Shown here: one piece after another, positions 8,135 through 17,662 of the stretch
Numbering within the stretch: position 1 is the stretch's first letter
Layout of the letters: each line of letters opens with the position of its first letter
NCBI GenBank assembly: GCA_041483895.1
Contig: JBGPGO010000005.1
Coordinates: 64,001-128,000 of the forward strand
Source: Fimbriimonadia bacterium
Lineage (GTDB): Bacteria; Armatimonadota; Fimbriimonadia; Fimbriimonadales; JABRVX01
Direction of reading: 5' to 3'
DNA: 64,000 nucleotides
Notes under the pieces: generated by a model
The model's database searches: none
Seen by the model: the letters and a program-made list of their open reading frames with translations, nothing else
Told to the model about the DNA's origin: nothing
Translations under genes and position numbers: made by a program

Positions 8135-9673
8135 GTGAAACGCAATGCGTTTTTCGGGCTCCTCCTTCTCGCCCTTCTTCTCGCCGGCGGGTATCTCACG
8201 TTGCACCCAAGTCCCGCGCAGGACCGGCCGTTCGAGATCAGCTTCTGGTATTGGCAACACTGGTACTCGAGAACCACGGTTGAAGATCAATCGCTACGCA
8301 GTCTCGGCGTGAAGCAGCTCTTCGTTTTGGGCGGCTCGTTTCACTGGACCGGTTATCAGCTCAACCTGTTCCAGGAACAAGAGTGGAATGATCCAATGGT
8401 CGGCCCAAAGGTCCAATTGGTGTTCAATATCGTGGGTCTCGCGCGAGACTATGCGCGCATCGGCAACGACGAGCTTGCGAAAACGATCATTTCCGGCATC
8501 CGCCGCGGGCTTGGGAGTGCCGCGAAAGGAAAGCAGGATGTTCGCGGGGTTCAGATCGATTTCGATTGCCCGACCGCGCGATTGGACAAGTATGCCAAGC
8601 TGCTGCACCAGATTCGGGCCGGCCTACCCAAAAAACTGGCATTTTCGATCACGGCCCTGCCGACCTGGTTCACGGGCGATGCCGCGCTGACCGTCGCGAG
8701 AGAGGTTGATTTCGTCGTGCCGCAGTACTACGAAAATCAGATTCCCGAGTCGCTGGACAAGATGCGTCCCATCGCCAATCTCAAGATTCTGGAAAACGGC
8801 CTGCGCCGCATGGGCGAATTGGGCATCCCGTTTTATGCCGGCATTCCTTCCTACGGCCGCGCCTATGTATTCAATGAAAATGGCCGATTGGAAGGCGTTA
8901 CTGGTGATTTCAGCGCGGAATATCTGCTGCAAAATGGTCAATTGCGATTCGTCAAACGGTATGGCGGCGGAGCCAGCGCGAAACCGGCGCCGGCAGCAGA
9001 CTACATTGGCGAAGATTTTTATGTTTTCGAAACGCGATCCAGCCCGAAGCAGACCGTTGTCTACGACTATCCGACGCCCACGCTGGCTGCAATGAATTTG
9101 AAGATTGTCAAAGACAAACGGCCGCCAAACTGCATGGGGGTCATCTTCTTTCGCTATCCGGAATCAACAGAATTGTCAACCATCAGCTTGCAATCGCTGG
9201 AGGCGGCAATCAATGGCGAACATCCCGCGCCAGAGCTGGAAATCAAGCGGGAAAGCCTGAAAGCAAGTCCCTGGGCGGCCATTGACGGAACGCAGAGGCT
9301 AGACCGTCTCCCCGTCGAGTTCAGTTTCCAGGTCAAGAATGTTGGAACGGCGAGCACCTCGGTCGGAAAGGATGCCGTCGAAGTAATCTTGACCTTCGAT
9401 CGGCCTGGAATTGACGAGGCGGAGCGCGGCGATTTTGATGAGGTCCAGACATTCTTTGGCAATCTCGATACGCCGTGCAGTCCGGAGCGGGCCAACATCA
9501 TTCGGTACCGCAAATACTATATGGAGCCTGCTGATTGGGGACATGTGGCGACCGTGTCCATTGCGCCCAATGGCGCCACAGAATGCAGAGTAACCTGGTC
9601 CGCGCTGGGACCGGGCGGATATGAGCGAGTGAAGTCCAAGGAACCTACCGTCATCGATCTGGAGAGGAAATGA
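8135..9673 (+). CDS. DUF3142 domain protein (GH18-like barrel), exported
   Basis: Signal/anchor N-terminus; SFWYW, GVQIDFDCPT, SITALPTW, VDFVVPQYY motifs. Confidence 0.75.
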   Translation: MKRNAFFGLLLLALLLAGGYLTLHPSPAQDRPFEISFWYWQHWYSRTTVEDQSLRSLGVKQLFVLGGSFHWTGYQLNLFQEQEWNDPMVGPKVQLVFNIVGLARDYARIGNDELAKTIISGIRRGLGSAAKGKQDVRGVQIDFDCPTARLDKYAKLLHQIRAGLPKKLAFSITALPTWFTGDAALTVAREVDFVVPQYYENQIPESLDKMRPIANLKILENGLRRMGELGIPFYAGIPSYGRAYVFNENGRLEGVTGDFSAEYLLQNGQLRFVKRYGGGASAKPAPAADYIGEDFYVFETRSSPKQTVVYDYPTPTLAAMNLKIVKDKRPPNCMGVIFFRYPESTELSTISLQSLEAAINGEHPAPELEIKRESLKASPWAAIDGTQRLDRLPVEFSFQVKNVGTASTSVGKDAVEVILTFDRPGIDEAERGDFDEVQTFFGNLDTPCSPERANIIRYRKYYMEPADWGHVATVSIAPNGATECRVTWSALGPGGYERVKSKEPTVIDLERK

Positions 9674-11964
9674 AGTGTATCGCGCGTATAGCGCTCCTAC
9701 TTTGCGGAGTTTTTGGAATCTTCATCATCATCTTTGCCTGCGGCTCGGACTGCCTTGACAGCGTCCACTTCCACTCCGGCTATCCGGACTTCGGCACGCC
9801 CCCGCGCCGGGCGCAACTTATCAATTTGGGCGAACGCGATGATCGCCCAGTCCACAAAGAGTATTTCATCAATGCCGGTGACCGACCAAGCGAGCTGCAC
9901 GAGAACTATGTGGACCCGTGGAGCCATCAACCCGATCGCCTCCAGCAGCTTCTGAAGCGGGCGCGCACGGCGGAGAGGACGGGGGATTGGCGCGAGGCGC
10001 TCCGTCTCTATCAAAGCGTAAAGGCGCAATTTGGCAATCGGGGGGAGATTTGCGACCGGCTGGATCTTTTGCCGCGCATCGTGGCCAAACGGCCGCAATC
10101 GGCGGAACTGAAAGCCTTGACGTTGTTCTGCAACGCATTGGACATGTGGAACGTTCGAGCGAGACCGGCGCTATATCACATTTATCAAAGTCCGCAAGCT
10201 GGGGTCGTCCGGGAGCATGCTTTGTATCAGTACGCGTGTCTCCAAACGCCCTCTGACAAGACGATTCAATATTTGCGGAAACTCCTCCGAGTTTTCCCCA
10301 ACACTCCAAAACGCGAGGCGGCGCTCATTATGATGGCCCGGGCGGCCCTTCACATGCCGATAAATTTGCAATCCCCTCCGCCCACGCGAGAAGAGATGGC
10401 AATCGCGGAAAATGCCATCAGCCGGCTCCTCAAGGGGTTTCCCAAATCCCGATTTCGCGGCGCTGCGATAGGGCTACGTGCAAGAATCAATCTACTGTCC
10501 GGGCGTCCGCACGATGCCATTCTTGGATACTTCAGCATCGACGATCTGAATTCGGTGGAGGAAGTTTTGCGTGGTCTGAACGCAACGGTGCGGGAACGAT
10601 ATGTGCCCCGCTTGATTGCCGCCTATCTGAGCCGCATGGCGCGGACGACTGAGTTTTCCACATACGAATGGTCGGTCCTCATGGCCTATAGGCACTTTCA
10701 TGAGCTGACCGATCAAGAAACCAGCGCATTCAAGCTGATGCTATTCCGCAACCCGGAGCTTGTCGCCAACTATTTCTACTTCCGCCTGTATCATTCGCAC
10801 CCGACGAAGAGTGAGATCCGCGGTCTGGCCGGGTTGGGTCAGCAGCTTGCGGCAGCGGGTGTCGCGACCAAGATGCATCCGAAAGTTGCCGCCCAGCTTG
10901 CGGAGACCTATTATCAGGATCATAAATACGAGGAGGCCATCCGTTGGGCAGACCAGGCGCTCTCCGCCAAGCCGATCGACCGGGCCTACTTCCCGAAAGG
11001 TGCATCGCTGCACAAGCTCGGACGTTTTCCTGAAGCGATCGCGGCCTTCAAAACACTGCTGGCCAAAATTCCCAAAGGCTCTTGCCGGCGAGGAGCGCGA
11101 GAGGAACTTGCGCTTCTCTATGAGCAGAGTGGGAACCCCGGAGCGGCGGTCGATCAGTATTTCGCGCTTGGTTACAAGCTCGACGTCGCCTTTTTGTTGG
11201 ATGCAAGGATGACGATGCATCAGGTCGAAGGGTATCTGCGCCAGACAACCGATCCGTACAAGAGGACCATCGTCCAATACACGCTCGGCATTCGATATCT
11301 GCGGGATGAAAATTGGAGCCTGGCAGAGCGATACTTGCGGAGCGTGCCGAAGAAGGAGTACGCGAAGTTCAGCGCGGGCAGAAAGCGGTGGGAGTCGAAG
11401 CCGTCGCCGGAGCCACTGTCGGCGGTTCGTGATTTGCGCCGGCTGCATCACGCCATTGGGCGGGCAAGAGGAAGCAACGCCAAGGCCGCTGCCATGTATG
11501 CCTACGCCAGCTATTACTACAAGCATGGACTGTTGCTGCTGTACAACCCGCGGCTTTGGCAAGATGACCGGATGATTGGAATCGATTTTTGGTGGAATCC
11601 ATCGGCGGCTCAGAAGTCCGACGTCGCGGCGTTGCGAAACCACATGTACAGTCACGATGTCTATTCCCGCTGCCGCCAGATCTGCCTGGATATCATCCGC
11701 AAATATCCGAAATCGCCCACCGCTCCCGCCGCGCTCTACCGAGCAGCCTGCTCATCAAGATACATTTGGTACTTCAACAATTGGTGGCGGGAAGAGGCGA
11801 GGCGGAACGGTAGCGCCTCCGAGCCCGGCAATCTGCTTCGAAAACTGGTGAAGGATTATCCAACTGATCCATTAGCGCGCCAAGCCGGAAAGTACGCCAT
11901 CGTTTTCGACGACGAGATGGCAGGAATTTGGCACGACGATCCAACCGGTTGGCCGGTTCAATGA
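9670..11964 (+). CDS. Exported TPR-repeat protein
   Basis: Hydrophobic N-terminus followed by ACG; repeated helical units (LLRVFPNTPKREAA, FPKSRFR, KYPKSPTAPAALY); ATGA overlap with upstream gene. Confidence 0.75.
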   Translation: MKCIARIALLLCGVFGIFIIIFACGSDCLDSVHFHSGYPDFGTPPRRAQLINLGERDDRPVHKEYFINAGDRPSELHENYVDPWSHQPDRLQQLLKRARTAERTGDWREALRLYQSVKAQFGNRGEICDRLDLLPRIVAKRPQSAELKALTLFCNALDMWNVRARPALYHIYQSPQAGVVREHALYQYACLQTPSDKTIQYLRKLLRVFPNTPKREAALIMMARAALHMPINLQSPPPTREEMAIAENAISRLLKGFPKSRFRGAAIGLRARINLLSGRPHDAILGYFSIDDLNSVEEVLRGLNATVRERYVPRLIAAYLSRMARTTEFSTYEWSVLMAYRHFHELTDQETSAFKLMLFRNPELVANYFYFRLYHSHPTKSEIRGLAGLGQQLAAAGVATKMHPKVAAQLAETYYQDHKYEEAIRWADQALSAKPIDRAYFPKGASLHKLGRFPEAIAAFKTLLAKIPKGSCRRGAREELALLYEQSGNPGAAVDQYFALGYKLDVAFLLDARMTMHQVEGYLRQTTDPYKRTIVQYTLGIRYLRDENWSLAERYLRSVPKKEYAKFSAGRKRWESKPSPEPLSAVRDLRRLHHAIGRARGSNAKAAAMYAYASYYYKHGLLLLYNPRLWQDDRMIGIDFWWNPSAAQKSDVAALRNHMYSHDVYSRCRQICLDIIRKYPKSPTAPAALYRAACSSRYIWYFNNWWREEARRNGSASEPGNLLRKLVKDYPTDPLARQAGKYAIVFDDEMAGIWHDDPTGWPVQ

Positions 11965-11966
11965 TG

Positions 11967-12034
11967 CCCTTCACAATGCGATTGTGAAGGGATGTTGGGA
12001 TTGCAGGGTCTTTCACAGTGCGACTGTGAAGGGA
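11967..12034. repeat. Two copies of CTTCACARTGCGAYTGTGAAGGGA palindromic repeat between convergent genes
   Basis: cccttcacaatgcgattgtgaaggga (11967) and ttcacagtgcgactgtgaaggga (12012). Confidence 0.85.
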
Positions 12035-12083
12035 TAAGGAAGACCTTGGCGCGGATGCCGCCAAGGTCCGACTTCGCAAACCA

Positions 12084-12554
12084 TTACCCTCCGACGGAGG
12101 TCGCGAGGCAGCGGACAACGATATCTCCCGAAGCCAGCGGGCCGCCGGCCTTGTACAAGACCTTCGTGGCGCTGTCCACGCTATAGACTACGATGGTGAA
12201 CGTATCCGCTCGCGCGCTCGCCGAAGAGCCTCCGTCGTATACATTGACTTCCACGCGTGCCTTCTGGCCATCGAAGACGCCAAATCCGGCGAAGGCGGCG
12301 TTATGCGCCGTGCAGGCAAACTTATCGACGCTTGTGAGGGAGACCCGATGCCCCCGATTGGTCGTGGCGAGGCCTGATTCGATATGGTTGAGGTAGCCCT
12401 TGATCGCCATCGGCATCGAATAGACCTCGAACGAAAAGACGCCGACCGAGGTATCGCTCACCTTGATGGAGCCTTTGCCATACGTCGCTCCGACTTGGGC
12501 CAGGGCGGCGGACCCCACCGAAAGGATTGTAAGAATGAGAAGAGCTCGTTTCAT
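12084..12554 (-). CDS. Secreted beta-rich hypothetical protein
   Basis: Signal peptide MKRALLILTILSVGSAALA; SD GGAGG upstream. Confidence 0.75.
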   Translation of the reverse strand: MKRALLILTILSVGSAALAQVGATYGKGSIKVSDTSVGVFSFEVYSMPMAIKGYLNHIESGLATTNRGHRVSLTSVDKFACTAHNAAFAGFGVFDGQKARVEVNVYDGGSSASARADTFTIVVYSVDSATKVLYKAGGPLASGDIVVRCLATSVGG

Positions 12555-12700
12555 GAATTCATTCCTCCCAAAGCCTCAAAGCATCTTGAATGAGGCATTC
12601 GGTGGAAGTGACCGCCGCCGGCCGGATTCGGTTCCCGGAACTCAAAGCAGTCGCCGACAATTTAACAATATGGTAATGTGAATCGAGGCGGAGGTTTCAG

Positions 12701-13447
12701 ATGGCAGGTTCCAATCGGGCGTTTACTCTCATCGAGCTGTTGGTGGTCATCGCGATCATCGCGATCTTGGCGGCCATCCTGTTCCCTGTCTTCGCCCGTG
12801 CCCGAGAATCCGGCTATCGCACGCAATGCATCAGCAACTCCAACCAGCTCGGCAAAGCGTTCCTCATGTATTCCGACGACAACAACTCCCGCTACCCCGG
12901 TCCCGCCCCCGGCGACGCCACCAACTACGCCCCCAGCGGCAATCCTCCGTGGTGGGGCAACAGGCGGTGGGGCGTTCAGGGCCACTGGGTACCTGGCATC
13001 TGGGTCCCGGATCCGAACGCCTCGGGCTACACTCTCGACAACTTTCCGATCAACCCGGCGTGGAAAGCTCTCGGTGGGCCGCGATCGGGCGGCCTGTTTC
13101 CCTATACCAAGAGCGCGGACTGCTACTATTGCCCCACAGACAAACGGGGCAAGGAGAAGATGCTCAGCTACTCAATGTATTACTACATTGGATTTATCCA
13201 ACTAAAGCGCATTCAGCACCCAACCCAGACGGCGCTGCTCGTGGACGAGGGCCTGACCCTGAATGACGGCTTCTACGTTCCGCCGCCAACGGATTGCCCG
13301 TCGGTTGTCCACATACACGGGTTCGTACTTACTCTCTGCGATGGACACTCAAAATGGTTTCATGTCGAGGATAAGTACGTGCCGGTAAACGGGACCGCCC
13401 ACTGCGACGGGGATATCGTCTCCCGGACATTCTGGGACATCAATTAG
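12701..13447 (+). CDS. Prepilin-type N-terminal cleavage/methylation protein with H-X9-DG C-terminal motif (DUF1559-like)
   Basis: [46 protein letters not shown]. Confidence 0.9.
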   Translation: MAGSNRAFTLIELLVVIAIIAILAAILFPVFARARESGYRTQCISNSNQLGKAFLMYSDDNNSRYPGPAPGDATNYAPSGNPPWWGNRRWGVQGHWVPGIWVPDPNASGYTLDNFPINPAWKALGGPRSGGLFPYTKSADCYYCPTDKRGKEKMLSYSMYYYIGFIQLKRIQHPTQTALLVDEGLTLNDGFYVPPPTDCPSVVHIHGFVLTLCDGHSKWFHVEDKYVPVNGTAHCDGDIVSRTFWDIN

Positions 13448-13531
13448 CTTCGGGTGGCAATCGATCTGGCATTTGGATCACTTTTGCGATAAACTAAGAC
13501 ATTCATTCAATCCAGATAGAGGTGGTTAATC

Positions 13532-14272
13532 GTGAAGCAGCGGCAGGCGTTCACACTTATTGAGTTGCTGGTCGTTATCGCAATCATAGCAATCCTAGCG
13601 GCCATTCTCTTCCCTGTCTTTGCCCAGGCCCGCGAATCAGCCTATCGCACAGCCTGCATCAGCAACTCGAATCAGCTTGGCAAGGCATTTATCATGTACT
13701 CGGACGACAACAACACGCGGTATCCAGGGCCGGCTCCTGGCGACGCCATCGGCTACCGGGCCGGCGGAAATCCGCCCTGGTGGAGTCCAGGCACTTGGAC
13801 TGATAAGGGTCACTGGGTTCCCGGCATTTGGGTTTTTTACCAAGGCGGGAACTCAAATTTGGACACTCGGGAAGTGTATAAGCCCTGGCTCGCCAACGGC
13901 GGCGTGCGCAAAGGCGGTCTTTTTCCGTACACAAAGAGCGCCGACTGCTACTATTGCCCGTCCGACAAACGCGGAAAAGAAAAGCGGCTCAGCTACTCCA
14001 TGTACTATTATCTTGGGTTTATCCCGGTCCGCAGGATCCAGCACCCTGCCCAAACGGCGCTCCTGGTCGACGAAGGTTTGACGCTGAACGACGGATTCTT
14101 TGTACCGCCGACGGCAGACTGCCCGTCCGTAGTGCACAAGCACGGCGTGGTTCTCACGCTAAATGACGGCCATTCGAAGTGGTACTACGTTCAGGATAAG
14201 TACATGCCGACCAATGGCAGCGCCAGTTGCCCGGCGGACATCGTTCCCAGTTCTCTTTGGGACATCAATTAG
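13532..14272 (+). CDS. Prepilin-type protein with H-X9-DG motif, tandem paralog
   Basis: [46 protein letters not shown]; long identical peptide blocks with 12701..13447. Confidence 0.9.
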   Translation: MKQRQAFTLIELLVVIAIIAILAAILFPVFAQARESAYRTACISNSNQLGKAFIMYSDDNNTRYPGPAPGDAIGYRAGGNPPWWSPGTWTDKGHWVPGIWVFYQGGNSNLDTREVYKPWLANGGVRKGGLFPYTKSADCYYCPSDKRGKEKRLSYSMYYYLGFIPVRRIQHPAQTALLVDEGLTLNDGFFVPPTADCPSVVHKHGVVLTLNDGHSKWYYVQDKYMPTNGSASCPADIVPSSLWDIN

Positions 14273-14320
14273 TGTTATAATGATGTGTTATCTCGTTCGC
14301 GCTTGCGGCGAGGTCGCGAC

Positions 14321-15982
14321 ATGGCAAGGTCTAAGACTTCGGTCATACTTGCGGCGGTGATGTCTCTTTCGGCATCCGCTTTGGCGGATGTTGGTGATGT
14401 CGTTCGCGCCAACGTCAGCACAGGCGGCGCCGAATCAAACCAGATCAGCCTGTCGCCTGTGATTAGCCCAAACGGCCGAGTCGTGGCATTCGCCAGCCGG
14501 GCAACGACACTGGTTCCCGAAGACACAAACACCAACCTCGATGTATTTGTGCGGGACCTCGATGCGAAAACCACCACGTTGGCGTCAATCAACAACGCCG
14601 GAACACTCTCCAACACGGACTCAAACTACCCGTCATTGAGTTACGATGGCAGGTTCGTTGCCTTCGAGTCCTACTCAAAGACGTGGCCGTTCGCCGACAA
14701 GAACAGCGGCTGCAACATTTATGTGCGCGATCGCCAATTAGGCCTTACGGAACTCTGTTCGCCTAAATTGCCGGGAACGCAGGCCCAGTGGGCGTTATCC
14801 AGAAATGCCTCGATCAGCGCCGACGGCAGGTATGTGGCGTTCCAGAGCGATGCCCCGAACTTGGTCCCAGGCGACACCAACTTGCGGGACGACGTGTTCG
14901 TTTTCGACCGAATGACCCGGACGACAGAACGTATGTCTCGGACGGCCCAAGGGGGTGAATCGAACAACAACTGTTGGATCCCGGCCATCAGCGGCGACGG
15001 CAGGTTCGTGATCTTCAATAGCCCAGCGACCAACCTGACCGAAGTAGATCCAAAGGGCCTGTGGCAACTCTACGTCCGGGATCGTATCTTGGGAACGCTA
15101 AGAATGGTATCGATTGCGAACGGGCAGCCGCTCGGGGTCCGGGACCTCAGCCGGTCTTATCTATCGTATGATGGCCGGTTTATTGCATTCGATGGTGGCG
15201 GTTCACCATACGGATATTCATCGCCGATGGTATACGATCAGTTGACGCAGACTATTCAGTCCGCTGGGCTAAACGATGACGGACAGCCGCAATTGACCTA
15301 TGCGTACATCGCGCCGATCAGCGGCGACGGCCGGGTTGTCGGCTTTGCGCCTTATGTCCGCGATATTGCCGCACAAGTCACAGAACCGATTGTGCCGAAC
15401 ACCCAGTATCCCGTCGCACGATTCTTGGCCGCGCAGTCTATCAGCTATGATGGGAGATTTGTCGTCTTCTTATCCGATAGCCAATTGGTTTCGGATGATA
15501 CGAACTTCATCGAGGACGTGTACGTGGTCGAACGGCAGGGGGAAATCCCGCAGATCACAGTTTCGGGTCATATTTACTTTGGCGATCTGGCCGGCCCGCA
15601 GCCGTTTAGCGTGCGAATTGACGTGCGGCGGACCGGGCACTATGATGCGCGCCAAACGGTAGACGTGGCGGTACAGCCTGACGGTTCTTATGAATTCCAA
15701 ACGACCGGCTTGGCCATGCAAATGTCTCTACAACACACTCATTGGCTGCGGCAGACCACGGGTTCCCTGGCCGGCTACCTCGGCGACGTGACGAATGTGG
15801 ATTTCGACCTGATCAACGGCGATGCGAATCATGACAATTTGGTCAGCGTATTCGACTACGGATATCTGCTCTACGATTTTGGGAAGACCGGCAGCGAAGC
15901 GGACCTGGACGAGGACGGGGTTGTCACTGTTTGGGATCTAATGATCTTCTTGATGAATTTTGGCGCAGTGGGAGACTTCTGA
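14321..15982 (+). CDS. Secreted PD40/TolB-like beta-propeller protein with C-terminal Ig-like + dockerin-like module
   Basis: Signal peptide; ISADGRYVAF..SDA.NLVPGDTN..DVFV repeats; HWLR...NGDANHDN...DLDEDG...FGAVGDF. Confidence 0.85.
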   Translation: MARSKTSVILAAVMSLSASALADVGDVVRANVSTGGAESNQISLSPVISPNGRVVAFASRATTLVPEDTNTNLDVFVRDLDAKTTTLASINNAGTLSNTDSNYPSLSYDGRFVAFESYSKTWPFADKNSGCNIYVRDRQLGLTELCSPKLPGTQAQWALSRNASISADGRYVAFQSDAPNLVPGDTNLRDDVFVFDRMTRTTERMSRTAQGGESNNNCWIPAISGDGRFVIFNSPATNLTEVDPKGLWQLYVRDRILGTLRMVSIANGQPLGVRDLSRSYLSYDGRFIAFDGGGSPYGYSSPMVYDQLTQTIQSAGLNDDGQPQLTYAYIAPISGDGRVVGFAPYVRDIAAQVTEPIVPNTQYPVARFLAAQSISYDGRFVVFLSDSQLVSDDTNFIEDVYVVERQGEIPQITVSGHIYFGDLAGPQPFSVRIDVRRTGHYDARQTVDVAVQPDGSYEFQTTGLAMQMSLQHTHWLRQTTGSLAGYLGDVTNVDFDLINGDANHDNLVSVFDYGYLLYDFGKTGSEADLDEDGVVTVWDLMIFLMNFGAVGDF

Positions 15983-17655
15983 TGCGCGTGCTGATTCTGA
16001 TGCTGATCGCTTCTGCCGCATGGTCTCAAGCCAAACAGGAAATCCTCAGCGTTTCGTCCGGTGGATTTCAGGGCAACCTGGGTAGTTCGACGCTGGGCAT
16101 CAGCGCCGACGGGAATCTCATCCTGCTTTCCAGCAACGCAACAAACTTCGATGGTCCAGGGGCACAGTCCGCGATCTATCTTCGGGATAGGCTGGCGGGC
16201 ACGACGAAGCTGGTCACAAGGCGGAGAGATGGGACTCCCTATGCAGCCGTTGCCGCACGGATTTCAGCCAACGGTCAATTCGTCATCATCGCAACCAATG
16301 AACCGTATCTGACTACCGGCGACAGCGGTACTGTCTGGGACATCTTCTCCATCGATCTTTCGACTGGTGGAATCGCGAAAATATCCGTCAGCTCGGTTGA
16401 GGTGGCGGGAAACGGGGATTCCAATGCGCCGTCGGTGTCCGCGGACGGCCGCTTCGTCGCATTCTATTCCGCCTCCACCAATCTGGATAATAAGGGTCAA
16501 GGCGGGGTCTTCGTTCGAGACCAGATGCTCGGGCTGACTATCCGTGCCGCGCGCCGTATGGACGGGGGACCAGCCTACGGCACCGACCCTTTCATCTCGC
16601 CGGATGGAAGATTCGTCTCCTTCACCAGCTCCGATGCGAACCTCGTCCCCAAAGACACAAATGGCGTTCCGGACGCGTTCGTTGCGGACCTTTGGACCGG
16701 CGAAATAGAACGTATTTCGGTTGCCGCGGACGGCAAGCAAGCACTGGGGTATGCTTCCTACGCGGGTCCCATGAATGCGGACGCCTCTCGCGTAACTTTC
16801 GCCAGCGGTGCGAATAATCTTGGAACCGCCGCGAACATTCAACAGATCTACGTGCGAGATCGAATCTTGGAAACCACCATAAAGTGCTCCGTTTCCCCTG
16901 ATGCTGCGGCGGGCAACGAATCGAGCTATTCGCCTAGCATAAGCGCGGATGGAAACCGTGTCGCATTTGCAAGCGGCGCCAAGAATCTGATCCCGAACGA
17001 CCTCAATGGTTACCAGGACGTATTTGTTCGGGACATTGACGCGCATGAAACCCTCGCGGCATCGTGGACTGCCTATGATCAGGGGAACAGCTACAGCTAC
17101 TCCTGCTGCATCAGCGACGACGGAGCGATGGTGGCGTATTCCAGCGGTGCTACCAATCTCGTTCCGAACGACACAAACGGGCAATACGACGCGTTTCTTG
17201 CAACCAAGTTCGTCGTTGGTCAGACGACGTACATGACGGGTCGAGTGCAGTTCGATTCGACCCTTCATAGACCGGATCCGGTGCATCTGGAACTTCGGAA
17301 CCCTGGTGATATCAACCCGTTTCGAGTGGTAACGCTGACCCTCGACGGCCTGGGGAATTACATGATCCTTGTTCCAAAGGTCCTCTTGGATGCATCCATC
17401 AAAGAGTCGCACTTTCTTCGCCGGACCCTGACAGGGCTCGACGGTGCATCCGGCCCGATCGTTGGCGCGAACTTTACGCCAATGAACGGCGATCTGGTTT
17501 CCAATAACGCAGTGGATCTAAAGGATCTTTCCATCGTATTCATCAACTTCATGACGTTTTTTACGTCGGAGGGCGATGCCAATGACGACCAGAGGGTGGA
17601 CACGATCGATCTCAATATTGTCTTTCTCCGCTTCGGACTAGTGGGAGACCCCTAG
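15982..17655 (+). CDS. Secreted PD40/TolB-like beta-propeller protein with C-terminal Ig-like + dockerin-like module
   Basis: ATG overlaps upstream TGA; SADGRFVAF repeats; HFLRR...NGDLVSNN...GDANDDQ...FGLVGDP. Confidence 0.85.
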   Translation: MRVLILMLIASAAWSQAKQEILSVSSGGFQGNLGSSTLGISADGNLILLSSNATNFDGPGAQSAIYLRDRLAGTTKLVTRRRDGTPYAAVAARISANGQFVIIATNEPYLTTGDSGTVWDIFSIDLSTGGIAKISVSSVEVAGNGDSNAPSVSADGRFVAFYSASTNLDNKGQGGVFVRDQMLGLTIRAARRMDGGPAYGTDPFISPDGRFVSFTSSDANLVPKDTNGVPDAFVADLWTGEIERISVAADGKQALGYASYAGPMNADASRVTFASGANNLGTAANIQQIYVRDRILETTIKCSVSPDAAAGNESSYSPSISADGNRVAFASGAKNLIPNDLNGYQDVFVRDIDAHETLAASWTAYDQGNSYSYSCCISDDGAMVAYSSGATNLVPNDTNGQYDAFLATKFVVGQTTYMTGRVQFDSTLHRPDPVHLELRNPGDINPFRVVTLTLDGLGNYMILVPKVLLDASIKESHFLRRTLTGLDGASGPIVGANFTPMNGDLVSNNAVDLKDLSIVFINFMTFFTSEGDANDDQRVDTIDLNIVFLRFGLVGDP

Positions 17656-17662
17656 CAACAAT

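Noticed and set aside
16264..17412. 382-aa minus-strand ORF
   Set aside because: Antisense shadow of the well-supported PD40 propeller gene; no motifs
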